In this document: positions 1 to 12,039 of the stretch, one piece after another
Numbering within the stretch: position 1 is the first letter of the stretch
Layout of the letters: every line of letters begins with the position of its first letter
Assembly: GCA_027604505.1 (NCBI GenBank)
Contig: JADIIX010000028.1
Span: 124,001-188,000, forward strand
Source of the DNA: Gonapodya sp. JEL0774
Lineage: Eukaryota
Reading direction: 5' to 3'
DNA: 64,000 bases
Position numbers and translations under genes: made by a program
The notes under the pieces: generated by a model
What the model was told of the DNA's origin: nothing
What the model saw: only the letters and a program-made list of their open reading frames with translations
Databases searched by the model: none

Positions 1-1014
1 GAAGACATTCGAATTGTCGCGGAAGGGTATAAGGAAGAAGCAAAGCGCTCAATGGCAGCTGCCGGTGTGAAGGCGCAGGTCCGGCGGTTAATCAAAGGAA
101 TGGGAAAACACGTCCATAGGCTCGAGGGAGAACTCATGGTAGGGGAATCGTGTGGGAAGAAGCATTTCAGATACTCAGAAAACGCATCCTCCAACGTACC
201 ATGCATTTTACCTTAGTCCATGGGAGGTCACCGCGCCTTTGCCGATACCCTCCAGTCCATTAGGACGGGTGATGGGATGAATGCTGACATCTGCGGGCCT
301 CAATCCGGAAAGACACGCTCCGCCGCACTGATTGAAACCAAGCGCTTTGTCATTGACAATATGGATGAAATGCTCGCCATGGTGGATACAGATATGCGGA
401 GGGGACGGGTGACGAGTGGAGTGAAGGGAAGGGTGAGTTTCGATAAACACCAAATTCCTCACGAGACCCTGAAAGTTGGTCTTTGAAACCAGATGGAACT
501 GTTCTTTGCGTGTGTTCTGATTCGACGAATTTGCTCCTGAGTCCTGAGCTCAATGCGCGGCCGGCAATGAATCTTGGTTGCCGCAATTCGGCAAATTCGT
601 GAATGAAAGAATTAGTGTATCAAATTGCATTCGTCCGCACAAAATGTCCCAAGACCGGAGACAGATTTGAGCGAACGGGCCAAAGTTTGAAGAACATTTC
701 CCACTGACGACCCGTCGGGTCGACGAGAACTTCCTCCACCAGCGCACTCTAAGCCAATCAACATTCCAATTCGCTTTGGTAGAAGTATGCAGTCATATTT
801 TGCATTGATACATTATGCGTTTTGAAGCGTAATTACATAATATTTTCTTGATGTCCATTGGCCAACGAGAAGTTCATGGACGAATATATTAGTGTCAGCA
901 AGATGCTTTTCCACAACCCTTACAGCTGCCCATATGTCAAGAGTGTGTCTATTCAAGCTAATATTGCCATCACTCCGGCCTGTTCGTTTCCACAAGGTTT
1001 CGAACTTGTTACGT

Positions 1015-2302
1015 TCACCAAAACTGTGGGTCCAAGATTCGCTGGATGTCTTCATGCTTATGTTTAGGTGCAACCCAAAAGCTACCCGATTTGGCGATTA
1101 AACTTTTCACCAGTTTCAAAGCATCAATTCTGAGATACTCAGGAATTCCGGCCACCCATGGAACTTTCACTACGTCGACTCGCCCTTTCTCCACAGGAAT
1201 ATGGATCTCTCAATGCTCGCACCTGCTGCAAGTAACCAGTGTACCAGCACGAGATCATCACGTGCTCATGCTCATCTCAAGGCGTCCTCGTTCTCAGCAT
1301 GCACATCAGCTCCCCCTGCGAGCAGCTGATCGACAACTTCGAGGTTCTGACTGGCGCATGCCTTCTTGAATGCTTTGGCACAGTGCACTCTGGCATGTTC
1401 ATTCGATTTCAACAGCATTCGTGCCAAACGGGATCACCCTCTCTTGGATGCTTTCATAAACTCCTCTTCAACGAGTTTCGGAGATTCCAAACCTCTACTC
1501 AGGAGCACTCTCGCGACTTCCACGTGACCATTGGAACAAGCCAAACGAAACGCCATGTCCTCTCCAGCCTGAGGGTTTGCGTTGTGTGCAAGAAGAGTTT
1601 CCACCAAGGAGGCATGTCCACGCTCGGCCGCGAATCTGAGAGCGCGATCCTCAAAGGCATGTACGTCTGCACCCTTGTTCAGAAGAAGCTCCACAATTTC
1701 TTGATGCCCGATCCCACACGCTCTCCACAAGGTGGCTTCCGCTTGTGGTGGATGTCTGCCCCTCGGTCAAGGAGCAGCTATACAACCGAAGTGAGACCGA
1801 ATGCCTGATAAAAATTGGTATGTGCATCATAAGTTTTAAGTAATTGTCGCCCCTGCGTTACAAAATCGTCAAGAGAATGCGTGGTTCGGAACTTCGTACT
1901 CACCGCCGCTTCCACGAGAGCATCATGTATACCCTCCTCATTACGCTCTAGGAAAAGTCCTACAATCTCTGTGTTTCCGATCCGAGCCGCCAACTTGAGT
2001 GTTTTCTTGTCTGGCACGATTCCAGTAACCAATATTGCATTGATAACTCGGCGGTCCAGCGGCCAACGGGAACACTCCACATTGAGAGCACGCAAACCAT
2101 CTGGAAAGTTCTTTGTGGAGCGCGCAGCAATGGCCGGAGGGTCGCGGAGAACGGAAACAGTGTCATGCGACAAGGCCGCGGTTGGGAGACGAAGCCGGCG
2201 AGTGCACCAGTAGGAGAAGATGCGGGATCGAATCTCGGGAGGGAATCAAAGGAAAGGGAAGTGTTGGGAAACGTCTTTGTTGCTCAATGGCTGGTAAAAC
2301 AT
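1015..2302 (-). pseudogene. F-box-like + ankyrin-repeat gene, disrupted
   Basis: ATG at 2302 reads MFYQPLSNKDVSQHFPFL*FPPEIRSRIFSY (F-box-like; TGA at 2246-2248). Ankyrin repeats follow (ACGIGHQEIVELLLNKGADVH, AAERGHASLVETLL, ACSNGHVEVARVLL, VEKGRVDVVKV). They are interrupted by TAG at 1778-1780, TGA at 1434-1436, 'DALR*A*' near 1270 and frameshifts. Confidence 0.8.
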
Positions 2303-2879
2303 TAGGCGTGGACTGGAATAGACGGGAATGATCATGGTATGATTAGCCCTGTGGTCGTGCACGGTTCCCACATTGTTTGGTGGACCATCTGTAGAATCTT
2401 GCTCACGAGATATCTGCGATGCTGGTGAACAATTTGAGCCAACTCAAAAACACAACTCAAGGTTTGCATGTTGAAGATACGCTCAGGATGCTCCATCATT
2501 GAAGTAATACATACTCACTAGACTCCAGATGATACTGGTGCCGGTTAACTACTCCGCTAAATAGAACTGGTGTATTTTGTCCAAGTGCTACATTGGCAAG
2601 CTGGGCAATTATGTAACCGAGTGCGGTGTTCGACTGATTGAACACTAGTGAAATGGGTTAACGTATATACAAAAATAAATGGGCGAGTCTGGGAAATGTA
2701 GTGAATGATGTGATATCAACGATACCAGGAAAGAATGCTGCCCATTTGAAGCAAGAAATGTTCAGATCGCAGTGCCGAGCGCTTGCGAACCAAAAGGCAC
2801 AAATGTACATGGATACGACAGTGCTTCTGACGGTATTCGGGAGGACGCAAACACTTGGTCGGGACACACTGTAGATGGT

Positions 2880-3632
2880 TCACAACTCGGGGAGGTTGAC
2901 CGTGGCGTGAACCGATTCACGAACCATGTCCGAGAACACGACGGAGTACAGGGCGAGAATCAAGAGTGCTAACGGAGATACGTAAAAGAGTCTTTAGCAT
3001 CATGCGAGCCGATAGGCCAACACGAAGGGCGTGTTGAGACGGGGCTATTATTACAACTCACCAAGAATGACCATCACCACTGCGGCGAGCTCGGACGCTC
3101 CCGTCCGTTCTGATTCCACATTCACTCCTGCGTCTTTATCTATTTTGCTCTCATCCACTTGTTCGTGCGCTTTCTTTGCCGGTTCGCTTAATTCACGTTT
3201 CCCACTACGACTTGATGTCAAAACCACTTCCTCACGGCCATAACTCTCGACGCGACCACTGTGTCTAGGGCTGTAACTCTCGACGCGACCAGTGCGGCTA
3301 CGGCTGCGATTTCGGCTGCGTTGTTCAGACCTGCCTCGCTTCCGAGACGTGGATATTGAAGCCGAGCCGGATGTCCCTTTAGAGGGAGGGTGCTCCACGG
3401 AAATCAGGGACGGGAGGACTACCGCAACTTTAGGAGAGTCCGAGGATATGGGGGCTTTACGAGAAACTGAACGTTTTCGACTGGCAGTTGCCGATTGAGA
3501 ACGCGCGCGACCCCTTGGCGGGGACTCGAGCTCCACGACGGGCTCGTCAAAGACCTTGCCAGCCCGCGAGCGCAATCGAGAAGCGATACGCGGAGTTTCA
3601 GCGGCTATTGTAGAGCGAGTGGCAACTGGCAT
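2880..3632 (-). CDS. Basic S/R-rich disordered protein with C-terminal transmembrane helix (tail-anchored-like), 2 exons
   Basis: ORF 3051-3632 spliced (GTGAGT...CCGTTAG) to an exon giving ...ELAAVVMVILALLILALYSVVFSDMVRESVHATVNLPEL* (TGA at 2880-2882). Confidence 0.65.
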
Positions 3633-4040
3633 TGTTAGTGACGCGTGATTTTAGATGACGCGTGATATAGCGCGCATTCAGTGATGGGTTGAATCAGCCA
3701 CAAACCCCCGCTGAGCTCGAAGCTCGATGACATCAATAATGTACGAGTCAACTGAACAGACATGAATTTCTTGGCCAAAAAGTACGCCAAATCGCCAGCT
3801 TGCACTCGTGTCGGACGGACGGATGAACTACAGTGTAATATGGTAGCCGTATGGTGTTTTAAATGGTTCGCTACTTCGTTTGCGTTGTGCGCTGCGTGGT
3901 CTTCGCCAATAATTTCCTTTGTGAGTTGACGGGGCTTTGCACTAGTGGGTTGTGGTTCCACAACCCAAAGCCTCACATCACGGAAGAATACCTCCCGAAA
4001 TAACATACAGAATCTCCCAAATTCCAACAGGAGTATAAAG

Positions 4041-6027
4041 ATGAAAAACACGCAAGTTCTCTTCAAATCAGTGCCCGGTGAGAGAGCGATACGGAGGCAA
4101 CCATGTCCGGGAGCAAGAGAAGCTCGTGGAAAGTCCTGCTTATTAAACTTGCATCACCGTTGCTTTCGAAGTCGGATGGGTCAAACAAGAAGACTTCGAC
4201 GTTGTCGAAGCGGACTTTGATCTTGAAGCCGTTGGAAATGGGGAGAATGACATCGTGGTGGAGAATCTCTACATTTCCTTGGACCCGGTACGCAACGCTG
4301 GATCGCGTCTGATCATCATGTACAACAACATAACAACGTGACACAAAATATCTCGAATTTGCAGTACATGCGTGGTCGCATGAACGTCAATACCAAATCA
4401 TGTAAGAATCTTTAGTGAATGCTCCTGATGTAATGTCGTTCTGCTAACGTAATTTAAAATGGATCGACAGACGCAGCCTCCTGGCAAATCGGTCAACCAT
4501 GCCAAGCCGGAGGTGTCTCCCGGGTCATCAAGTCCCGAAATCCAGGCTTCCCAGTCGGCTCGTTGGTGGCGGCTCAAGTGAACTGGGAAGAGTACACCGT
4601 TATCCCCAATGCTGCTCCGAACCCTGCAAGATTGAGGAAGATCGATGAAAATGCGGGGATTCCTCTGAGCTGGTACCAGGGTGTGGCGGTACGAGTGACA
4701 GATTCCTCACCGTTTCGTTATCGAATCATTTCTAACACGCGAACCTACTTTTTCGTGCAGGGGATGCCTGGACTCACTGCGTACGTTCGCTTGCTGACCG
4801 TCGCTTCGATTATGTGTCGACAATCCATCATATGATTCACGTTTTACTTCAGCTACACTGGCTTCTTCAAATTCGGCAAACCGAAAGCTGGAGAAACCAT
4901 CTTTATCTCCGCTGCCGCGGGAGCAGTTGGTCAAGTTGTCGGTCAGGTAAGATTTTTTTGATGAGATTCTTTCACACCTTCACTTTGTTTTCCTCGCTCA
5001 TGTCGGACTTCGCCCTTCTCTACGACCACCAAGCTTGCCAAAATGAAGGGTCTCCGCGTCGTGGGGTGCGCGTCCGAGGATGACAAGATCTCATACCTGC
5101 TGGACACGCTTAAGTTTGATGCGGCATTTAACTACAAGAAAGTTGGTTAATCTGGGACCTGAACGGGGTTCTTTACAAACTGCGTCTTGCAACTCACTCA
5201 CGGGTATTTCCACCGTTACTCCATTTGGTTTAGCCACCAGGAGGGAGCTTGAAGGCAGCGCTGGAGCAGACATGTCCGAAGGGTGGGCGTTTTTGCCGTT
5301 GATTGTCTATCTGCCATAGCCTGACAGAATGACCGTTAATGCTACAGGGATCGACATATACTTCGAGTGAGAAATGACTTGAAGGAGCACGATATCGTTG
5401 ATTTATCTCATAACGTACTGAATCACTTCAGACATGTTGGAGGCAAGATGTTGGACACAGTCTTGGAGCTCATGAACGGTGCGGTCTACGTATTGTTTCG
5501 ATCAATCACGATTTGCGAGGGCAGTTGGTCATATCCATACGTGGAATATCTTCCCCCCGCACGCTTCAGATTTTGGTCGCATTCCCGTTTGTGGAATGAT
5601 TTCCCAGTACAATCTCACGGCTCCCGAGCCACTCTACAATGCCCGTTTGATACTCACCAAGAGGCTCCTCGTACAAGGCTTCATTGTTTATGATTCATAT
5701 GCGGAGATGGGAGAACCGTTCGAGAGGGAAATGGGTCAATGGCTCAAGGAGGGAAAGGTTGTGTACAAAGGTGGGTTGACTTCGGCTTCTGCTGATGATG
5801 TACCCGATAAATAACTGCATCGTCAATTCTTCAATCCGTGTCATTTCTTCCTGTGACAGAGGACATTCGCAAAGGGCTCAAGCAGGCGCCCGAGCAATTC
5901 ATTGATATGCTTAAGGGAGGCAACAAGGGTAAGGTGGGTTCGAGTGTCGGTATTGTTGCTCAACGTGCTCGGGAAGTGAATTGACGTTGCGTTCATTATT
6001 GAAAAGGCGGTGGTTCAGATAAAATGA
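4041..6027 (+). CDS. NADP-dependent oxidoreductase, zinc-independent MDR (prostaglandin reductase/PTGR-like), multi-exon
   Basis: Starts MKNTQVLFKSVP. Exons carry GMPGLTAY, GETIFISAAAGAVGQVVGQ, GIDIYF, GRIPVCGMISQYN, QGFIVYD and GGNKGK, ending AVVQIK*. Confidence 0.9.
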
Positions 6028-6534
6028 GAATGATAGGGGTCACTTGTGTTCAGTGTGAGGAAGGTGGAGCTCTCACGCATTAGAATGCTCTTGCTCATAT
6101 TTCCCATATACTTGAATATCCCATGTGGTAAAATGGGAAGAGAGGGGACGGGACCCAATAAGACAAGAATACTTTTTCGTGCGTTCCAACCAAGCATAGT
6201 GATTATTTAAGTGTGACAACAATACTCAAGGACTTTATTTCGGTCAAAGTAACGGATGGGTGTGACTGTGTAAAAGAGGGCGGGAGGTGCCTGTGGCGGT
6301 ACATTGTAGCGGTACATTGCAATAGTTATTGGGACTCGCATAACAAAACGAGGATCAGACCGCGCCAGAGTGGTTCCTATAAGCTGACACCGCGTGAGTG
6401 ATTGTAACGGAGATGTTCCGCCACCTGTGCTCCGGGTAGCACCTATTTTACCTTGGAGCTCGATCACGGCAGGCGTCGCCAGCGCATCTTCACCTTTGCT
6501 CACCTTTGAAAGCTCGATCCATTAAGGCACAAAA

Positions 6535-8374
6535 ATGCCGCCAGTATCTGACAGCTCGTCAGCACCTCTCTCTTCCTTACCTTCATCGTCGTCGCCAGAG
6601 CAAGCACCGGCCGCTCCAGGAGTTTCAACAGCACCAGCGGTCACGAGTCCACCATCGGTCATCACTTTTCTTCCATATCTGAAATCTGCAAAGTTTTCCG
6701 ACGCAGTCTTGAAGATTAAGACTTCAGACGGAAAAGTACGTTGCCAATCTTCAGAGCTCCCATGTGTTCGGTTTCGCATTTGTCTTGGCTCCCCTGAACC
6801 GCTTCTCGCCAGGTGAAAACCCTCCCTGTCCACCGCATTGTCCTTTCTGCCCGCTCCAAATTTTTTGAGGATCTGTTTAACGGACCCCAGCCATCTGAGA
6901 TTAACTCTAAGGGACTACCTGTATATGGTGTACCGGTGTTGCCGGTCCATCGCGCATTGCAGGAAGTGTTGGGGCTTAGTTTGTGGTGGGTCTGTAAGTA
7001 CCATTTTAATAGTGGCTTCAGCATCGTTATCCTCAAGTCGACGACGGACCTCGTCCATTGTTCTGCATCGCTCTCATTTCGATGGACTCCGCTAAACTTG
7101 ACATATCCTTTCCTCGTTGCACGGTTCGCAGATTCCTTGGACGACACGAAGGTCACCCTTCCGGAGAACAAATGGGATCAAATCATTGGGGTTCAACACA
7201 TCTCAAACGTTTTCAAGTTCCACCGTCTCTTAGCGGAGTCTGAACAGGCATTAAAGAATGCTATTGAACGCGGAGGCGCACAGCCCGATGAATTGTTCAA
7301 AATTGCTGAAGAGGCTAAGAAGTGGTGTTTCCCGGACATTGAGAAGCGTGTGTCGACTCGGCTACAAGAACTTCTTCTTAATCCCGATGCTGCCGACAAG
7401 ACTCTGGCATCTACATCCGTCGACACGCTGTCCAGTATCGTGGACAGTCTCGAACCTGGCACACACTTTGCGCTAGTGCGCCGCTACTTGGAAGTTCGCG
7501 CTGCTGGGGAGGATCCCGTTCCACTCGAAGCCAATGCCCGTCTATGGTCACGAGTCCCATTCTCGAAGCTCGATGCCGCCGATCTCGAGTCCGCATATTC
7601 AGACCCCAATGTTCCATCTGGTGCAGTCGTCGAGGCCACTCTACACGCCCTTCTCCTTGACCACAATCAAGCTACGGGTTTGTCCTACAACCTTCTGAGT
7701 GCTGCTCTCGACCTCGCCTCCAGTTCCGGACCACCAATGTCCCAATCGCAAGTTTACAGGATTGTCCGAGCCTACAATGCAGCACACATAGATTTAGATG
7801 AGTCGCGGAAGGACCGGCTTTGGACTAGGGTAAGATTTGTGGAGCTCCCCGTGGAGGAACTGGAGGAAGCGTACTCCTCAACCGACGTGCCACAGGAACC
7901 GGTAGTGGCTGCAATGTTTTCTCGGTGAGTTTGCATATCTACACAGTATTTCTTCTTCCAGCGATATGGATCCGCCGCTGACCTTCCACTTCGCCTAATG
8001 ATAGTCTCCGCAACGGCGCTGGACCATCCCAAGCTGTCTCTTCCGCTTCTCATTCTAAACCACATTCCAACTCCAGCTCCCAATACGATCTTACAAACAA
8101 GCCCGTTCCTGCGACCCCACCGCAAGCTTCGTACGGCCACCGAAGTACCTCTTCTCATGATTACGGAACTCCTTCCAACACATCGTACACCAATTCAAGC
8201 ATGCCGTACGCGGGACCTTCAATTGCAGGACATGCACCGATGGTACCTGCACCTGCAGGATTGGGAGCGGGCACTATGGGATTTGATCCGTATTCAACGG
8301 GTCCAAGTCTTGCTGCGGGTGCCGGTGGAGGTGACAGTAACAAGAGTGATGAGAAAAAGCGCTTTGCATTTTGA
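6535..8374 (+). CDS. BTB/POZ-domain protein with helical region and P/Y/G-rich C-terminus
   Basis: FSDAVLKIKTSDGK spliced to VKTLPVHRIVLSARSKFFEDLF is a typical BTB start. Two LW(S/T)RVxF repeats follow. The last exon ends DEKKRFAF* (TGA 8372-8374). Confidence 0.8.
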
Positions 8375-8786
8375 CGGGTAAACCTGGGTCCAACGTACTT
8401 GGGTTGATATAATTTGCGCTCAAATGGACAGACAGGGCCTTTAAAATGGATAGCGTGCCTGCGCATGCGATGCAAGTGGTCGCCTATTTTGAATGCGCTC
8501 GATTCGATCGACCGTAATAATGGCTCTCTGTAGAGACCACGTTGTGAAGTATAAGTGTCTTCATTGTGCTGCATAAATGATATACGACATCATACTTCTA
8601 TCACCGCTAGTGTCTTCTTGCAAAATGGGAAAGGACTGTCCACAGTTACGAGATGGAATGACCAAAGTCGAAATGATCTACAAGAGCTTTCCGCCCGCGT
8701 CATCTAAAATGATCTACTCTCGGATCCATCTATAAAATATTGCGAGCAATACTCTGCATCAAAATTACTGCAACGAATCATCGACT

Positions 8787-10516
8787 ATGTCGTCTCAATT
8801 GCACGCGACTGCGAACGGATCGCCAAGAGGGACCGATTCTCCCGCCAAGGCAGTTGAGCTCGTTCCCAAACCAGTAAATGCGTCGGCCACGCAACATACC
8901 CACTTGGTGAGACCAGAGCAGTGTGATTCCAGAGGTTCGTGTTCTCGGCGGAAGCAGAATGGGTCATCGAATGGCCAGAATATTTTATCGCCTTCCGACG
9001 TATCAACAGGAATCGTTTATGGAGGAGAGATTCTCTCACTTCTCGATATCACTGCCGGAGTCGTTGTTACAAGGCATAGTGGGGGCCCAAGGCAAGTCTT
9101 TGCTGTTGATTTGTAGCCATTGATCCTGTTGGGCATTCTCAAGCTTGATCGAATTGCCATCGATGTCAAACAGCGTTACTCTGAGCGCCGACGCGATCCA
9201 CTTCATCCAACCTGTCCGCTTGGGGGAGATAATTGTCTTAACAGCATCGGCGAATCGAACTTGGCGGACCAGCTTAGAGGTCGGAGTTCTGCTTGAGTCT
9301 GAGAACACGCAGAGCGGTATATTCCACTAGCTCCCTGCTACCACCTGCTTGCGGCCGCACTCACACAAATCTACATGGCAGGCGCGCGTCGCTTTATCGG
9401 CCAAGCCTATTTTACCTTTGTGACGGTCGATTTAAAAGGCCGTCCTCGCCCGGTGGCCCCACTCATCTTGTCAAATTCAACGGAACAACGCCGCTACGCT
9501 GAAGCTGATGAACGACGAGAACGTCGGCTGAAATTGGGCTCTACAAGGCCACCTCAGGTTCCATCCGCAGTGGGGATAAGAGAGGCCGGTGAGGACGGAG
9601 GCAGATCCGCTAGGTTCTTGATGGGAACTGGGAAATGTGGGGAGCGTTGGTGCGAGGAGAGTTTTGTGGAGACGGTCCAGATTGTGGTGTGTTAAAATGA
9701 GTCACTCAAATTGTCGCGCAAGCAGACAAACAACTGACCAAACTCACTCTGCGTTCATCTGAAAAGTTTCCGAATCACTGCAACCCCGCTGGGAATGTTT
9801 TCGGTGGTGAAATCATGAGGTGGATGGTGAGGGAACTACACTGCAAACCGGCACGCTCATACAAGCTCCATCTAACAGAGCCCCCAAATAACAGGAGAAC
9901 GCCGCTACCCTCAGTGGATATCGACATGGAAGGGCGCAAGTTGTTACTGCTTCAGGTGTGATTCGTTATCGGTGATATCACCGACGACTCTTCTGACCAC
10001 TGCTTCTCAACGGATTCGATGGATCATCGTCGGAATCCGGACTCCCTATTTGGCAGTGGATTCTATCACTTTCCACTCATCGGGTCGCACGGGTGATCCC
10101 CTCATTATACGCTCGTTTGTGACACGGAGTTGGGGGTCCAGTATGGAGGTCGTTGTCCAAGTATTCAAACATTCTGAGCGATACAATGAAAACGCAGGAT
10201 TGCGCCTACTCGGTGAGTCTTCATTAAAAACTGCTAGTTGAATTACTTCAAGAAACATTTAACCTCCATTCGAAACTTATTCCTCCGCGATGCGCCAGTG
10301 TCAGGTTTCGTCACCCTTGTCGCACTTGACTCATCGTCTACCCGAATATTTGTTCCGAAGGCGAGCCCTCGGACAGACATAGAGCGTTTGCTGGCTGAAG
10401 GTGCTGAACAGAGGAGGGAAGAGCGACTCAGCGAGAGGACGAAGGTCGTACAATCGACAATTTCAAAGAGGCCCAGCTTAGTGGAGGGTTTCGTGAAGGG
10501 CGTGGCCAAATTATAA
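8787..10516 (+). CDS. Double hot-dog acyl-CoA thioesterase with PTS1 (AKL*)
   Basis: Two hot-dog domains: GIVYGGEILSLLDITAG...SADAIHFIQPVRLGE...TSLEVGV and GNVFGGEIMRWM...DSITFH...SWGSSMEVVV. The C-terminus is KGVAKL*. Confidence 0.88.
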
Positions 10517-10653
10517 CATGTAGTGCACGTGAATGGATAACCAGGAGAGGAACAAGGAGGCCCAGCTTAGTGGAGGGTTTCGTGAAGGGAGTGGCCAAAT
10601 TATATATGTAGTGCACGTGAATGGATAGCAAGGTGGGGAACAAGGAGGCCCAG
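10468..10653 (+). repeat. Tandem duplication, ~89-bp unit x2, spanning the thioesterase stop codon
   Basis: GAGGCCCAGCTTAGTGGAGGGTTTCGTGAAGGG...GTAGTGCACGTGAATGGATA occurs at 10468 and 10557. A third GAGGCCCAG starts at 10645. Confidence 0.92.
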
Positions 10654-10770
10654 GAACAACACATTTGTGTTTGGTTGCTTGGAGCCCCAGCCTCGTGCTG
10701 CGGTCACATGCTTCTGATCCAACAGATTCGTTGATTTGATTGACAAACAACAGATCTAAGGACCGCTGCT

Positions 10771-11962
10771 ATGGCAGAAGAAAATCATCCGAAGACAATT
10801 CAAGATCCTCTTGTGTGGATTGATTGCGAGGTAGAATTCCTATGTTGCGATGGGAATGGAATGTTTTCCGATGTTCAACAACTCCTGCACTTCGACTTAC
10901 ACTTCAATTCGAATGGATCACAATAAATAATACCCTCATAGATGACTGGACTTAATGCGGACAAGGACCACATACTGGAAATCGCGTGCGTCAGACGATT
11001 CTTCCATAACGTGCTCTAGCCGGGAGGTTGCTACAATCACGGCAATCCACAGCGTCCTCATCACAGATGGAGATCTCAAGATTGTAGCCGAAGGACCGGA
11101 CTTAGTAATTCACTACGGAAAAGACGTCATGGATGGGATGAACGAGTGAGCTGTGCATCCGCAAACGAATTCCCTGACTTGCAGTACTAACGTAAGGATT
11201 CTCCTTACTCGTTCACAAGATGGTGTATCAAGCATCATGGTGAAGTGAGAAGAAGTCTGTTTCTCCCTTGGTTACGCGACTACTGATTATGTATGATCAG
11301 TCTGGTCTCACAGAGCAGGTCATCTCCTCTTCTATCACCCTAGCAGACGCGCAGAGTCAGGTTTTAGAGTTTCTCAAGCGACACGTAGCAAAAGGACAGG
11401 CGTGTCTTGGTCAGTGTGAGGTCGTCACGCCAATGTGTTTGCTCGTATTCAGCTCTTGATCTCAATATTGACAGCTGGCAACACAGTTCACATGGATAAG
11501 GTTCGCAATTCCCATGTGATGGGCAGCCGTCAAACTAATTGTTCACTTCGCTGACGCGGATGGAACATACATGAACCATGAATGCGCTCGGCCGCGGGGA
11601 TCCATCCTGTTTCACGTTCTCGCACGTTCACGGTGTTCACTACGTCACATCACACCGTTTCCTGCATAGATGTTTATGATCCGGGAATTTCCTGAGGTGG
11701 TGGACTGGCTACATGTGAGTGAAGTGCCGTTGTTGCATTTACGATCCTGTGCACCTCAACGAACTCGTCTCGCTTCCAGTATCGAATAGTAGACGTCTCC
11801 ACACTCAAAGAACTCGTTCGTCGGTGGTATCCGGACCTCTATTCTCGCCTCCCAGCAAAGAAGCTTTCACATCGCGCCATGGACGATATTCGAGAGAGCG
11901 TGGAAGAACTGAGATGGTACAGGAGAAACGTCCTGAAAAAGGAGAAAAGTAAATCAGACTAA
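10771..11962 (+). CDS. REX2: Oligoribonuclease (Orn/REX2 family DEDDh exonuclease), many short exons
   Basis: [12 protein letters not shown]...[39 protein letters not shown] and [17 protein letters not shown]; stop TAA at 11960-11962. Confidence 0.92.
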
Positions 11963-12039
11963 ATAGATATGCAAATAAAACACGGAAACGGAAGCCGATA
12001 TGTTGGTGTAGTCTTAGGCAACGCGGTGTCCATGTGCGC

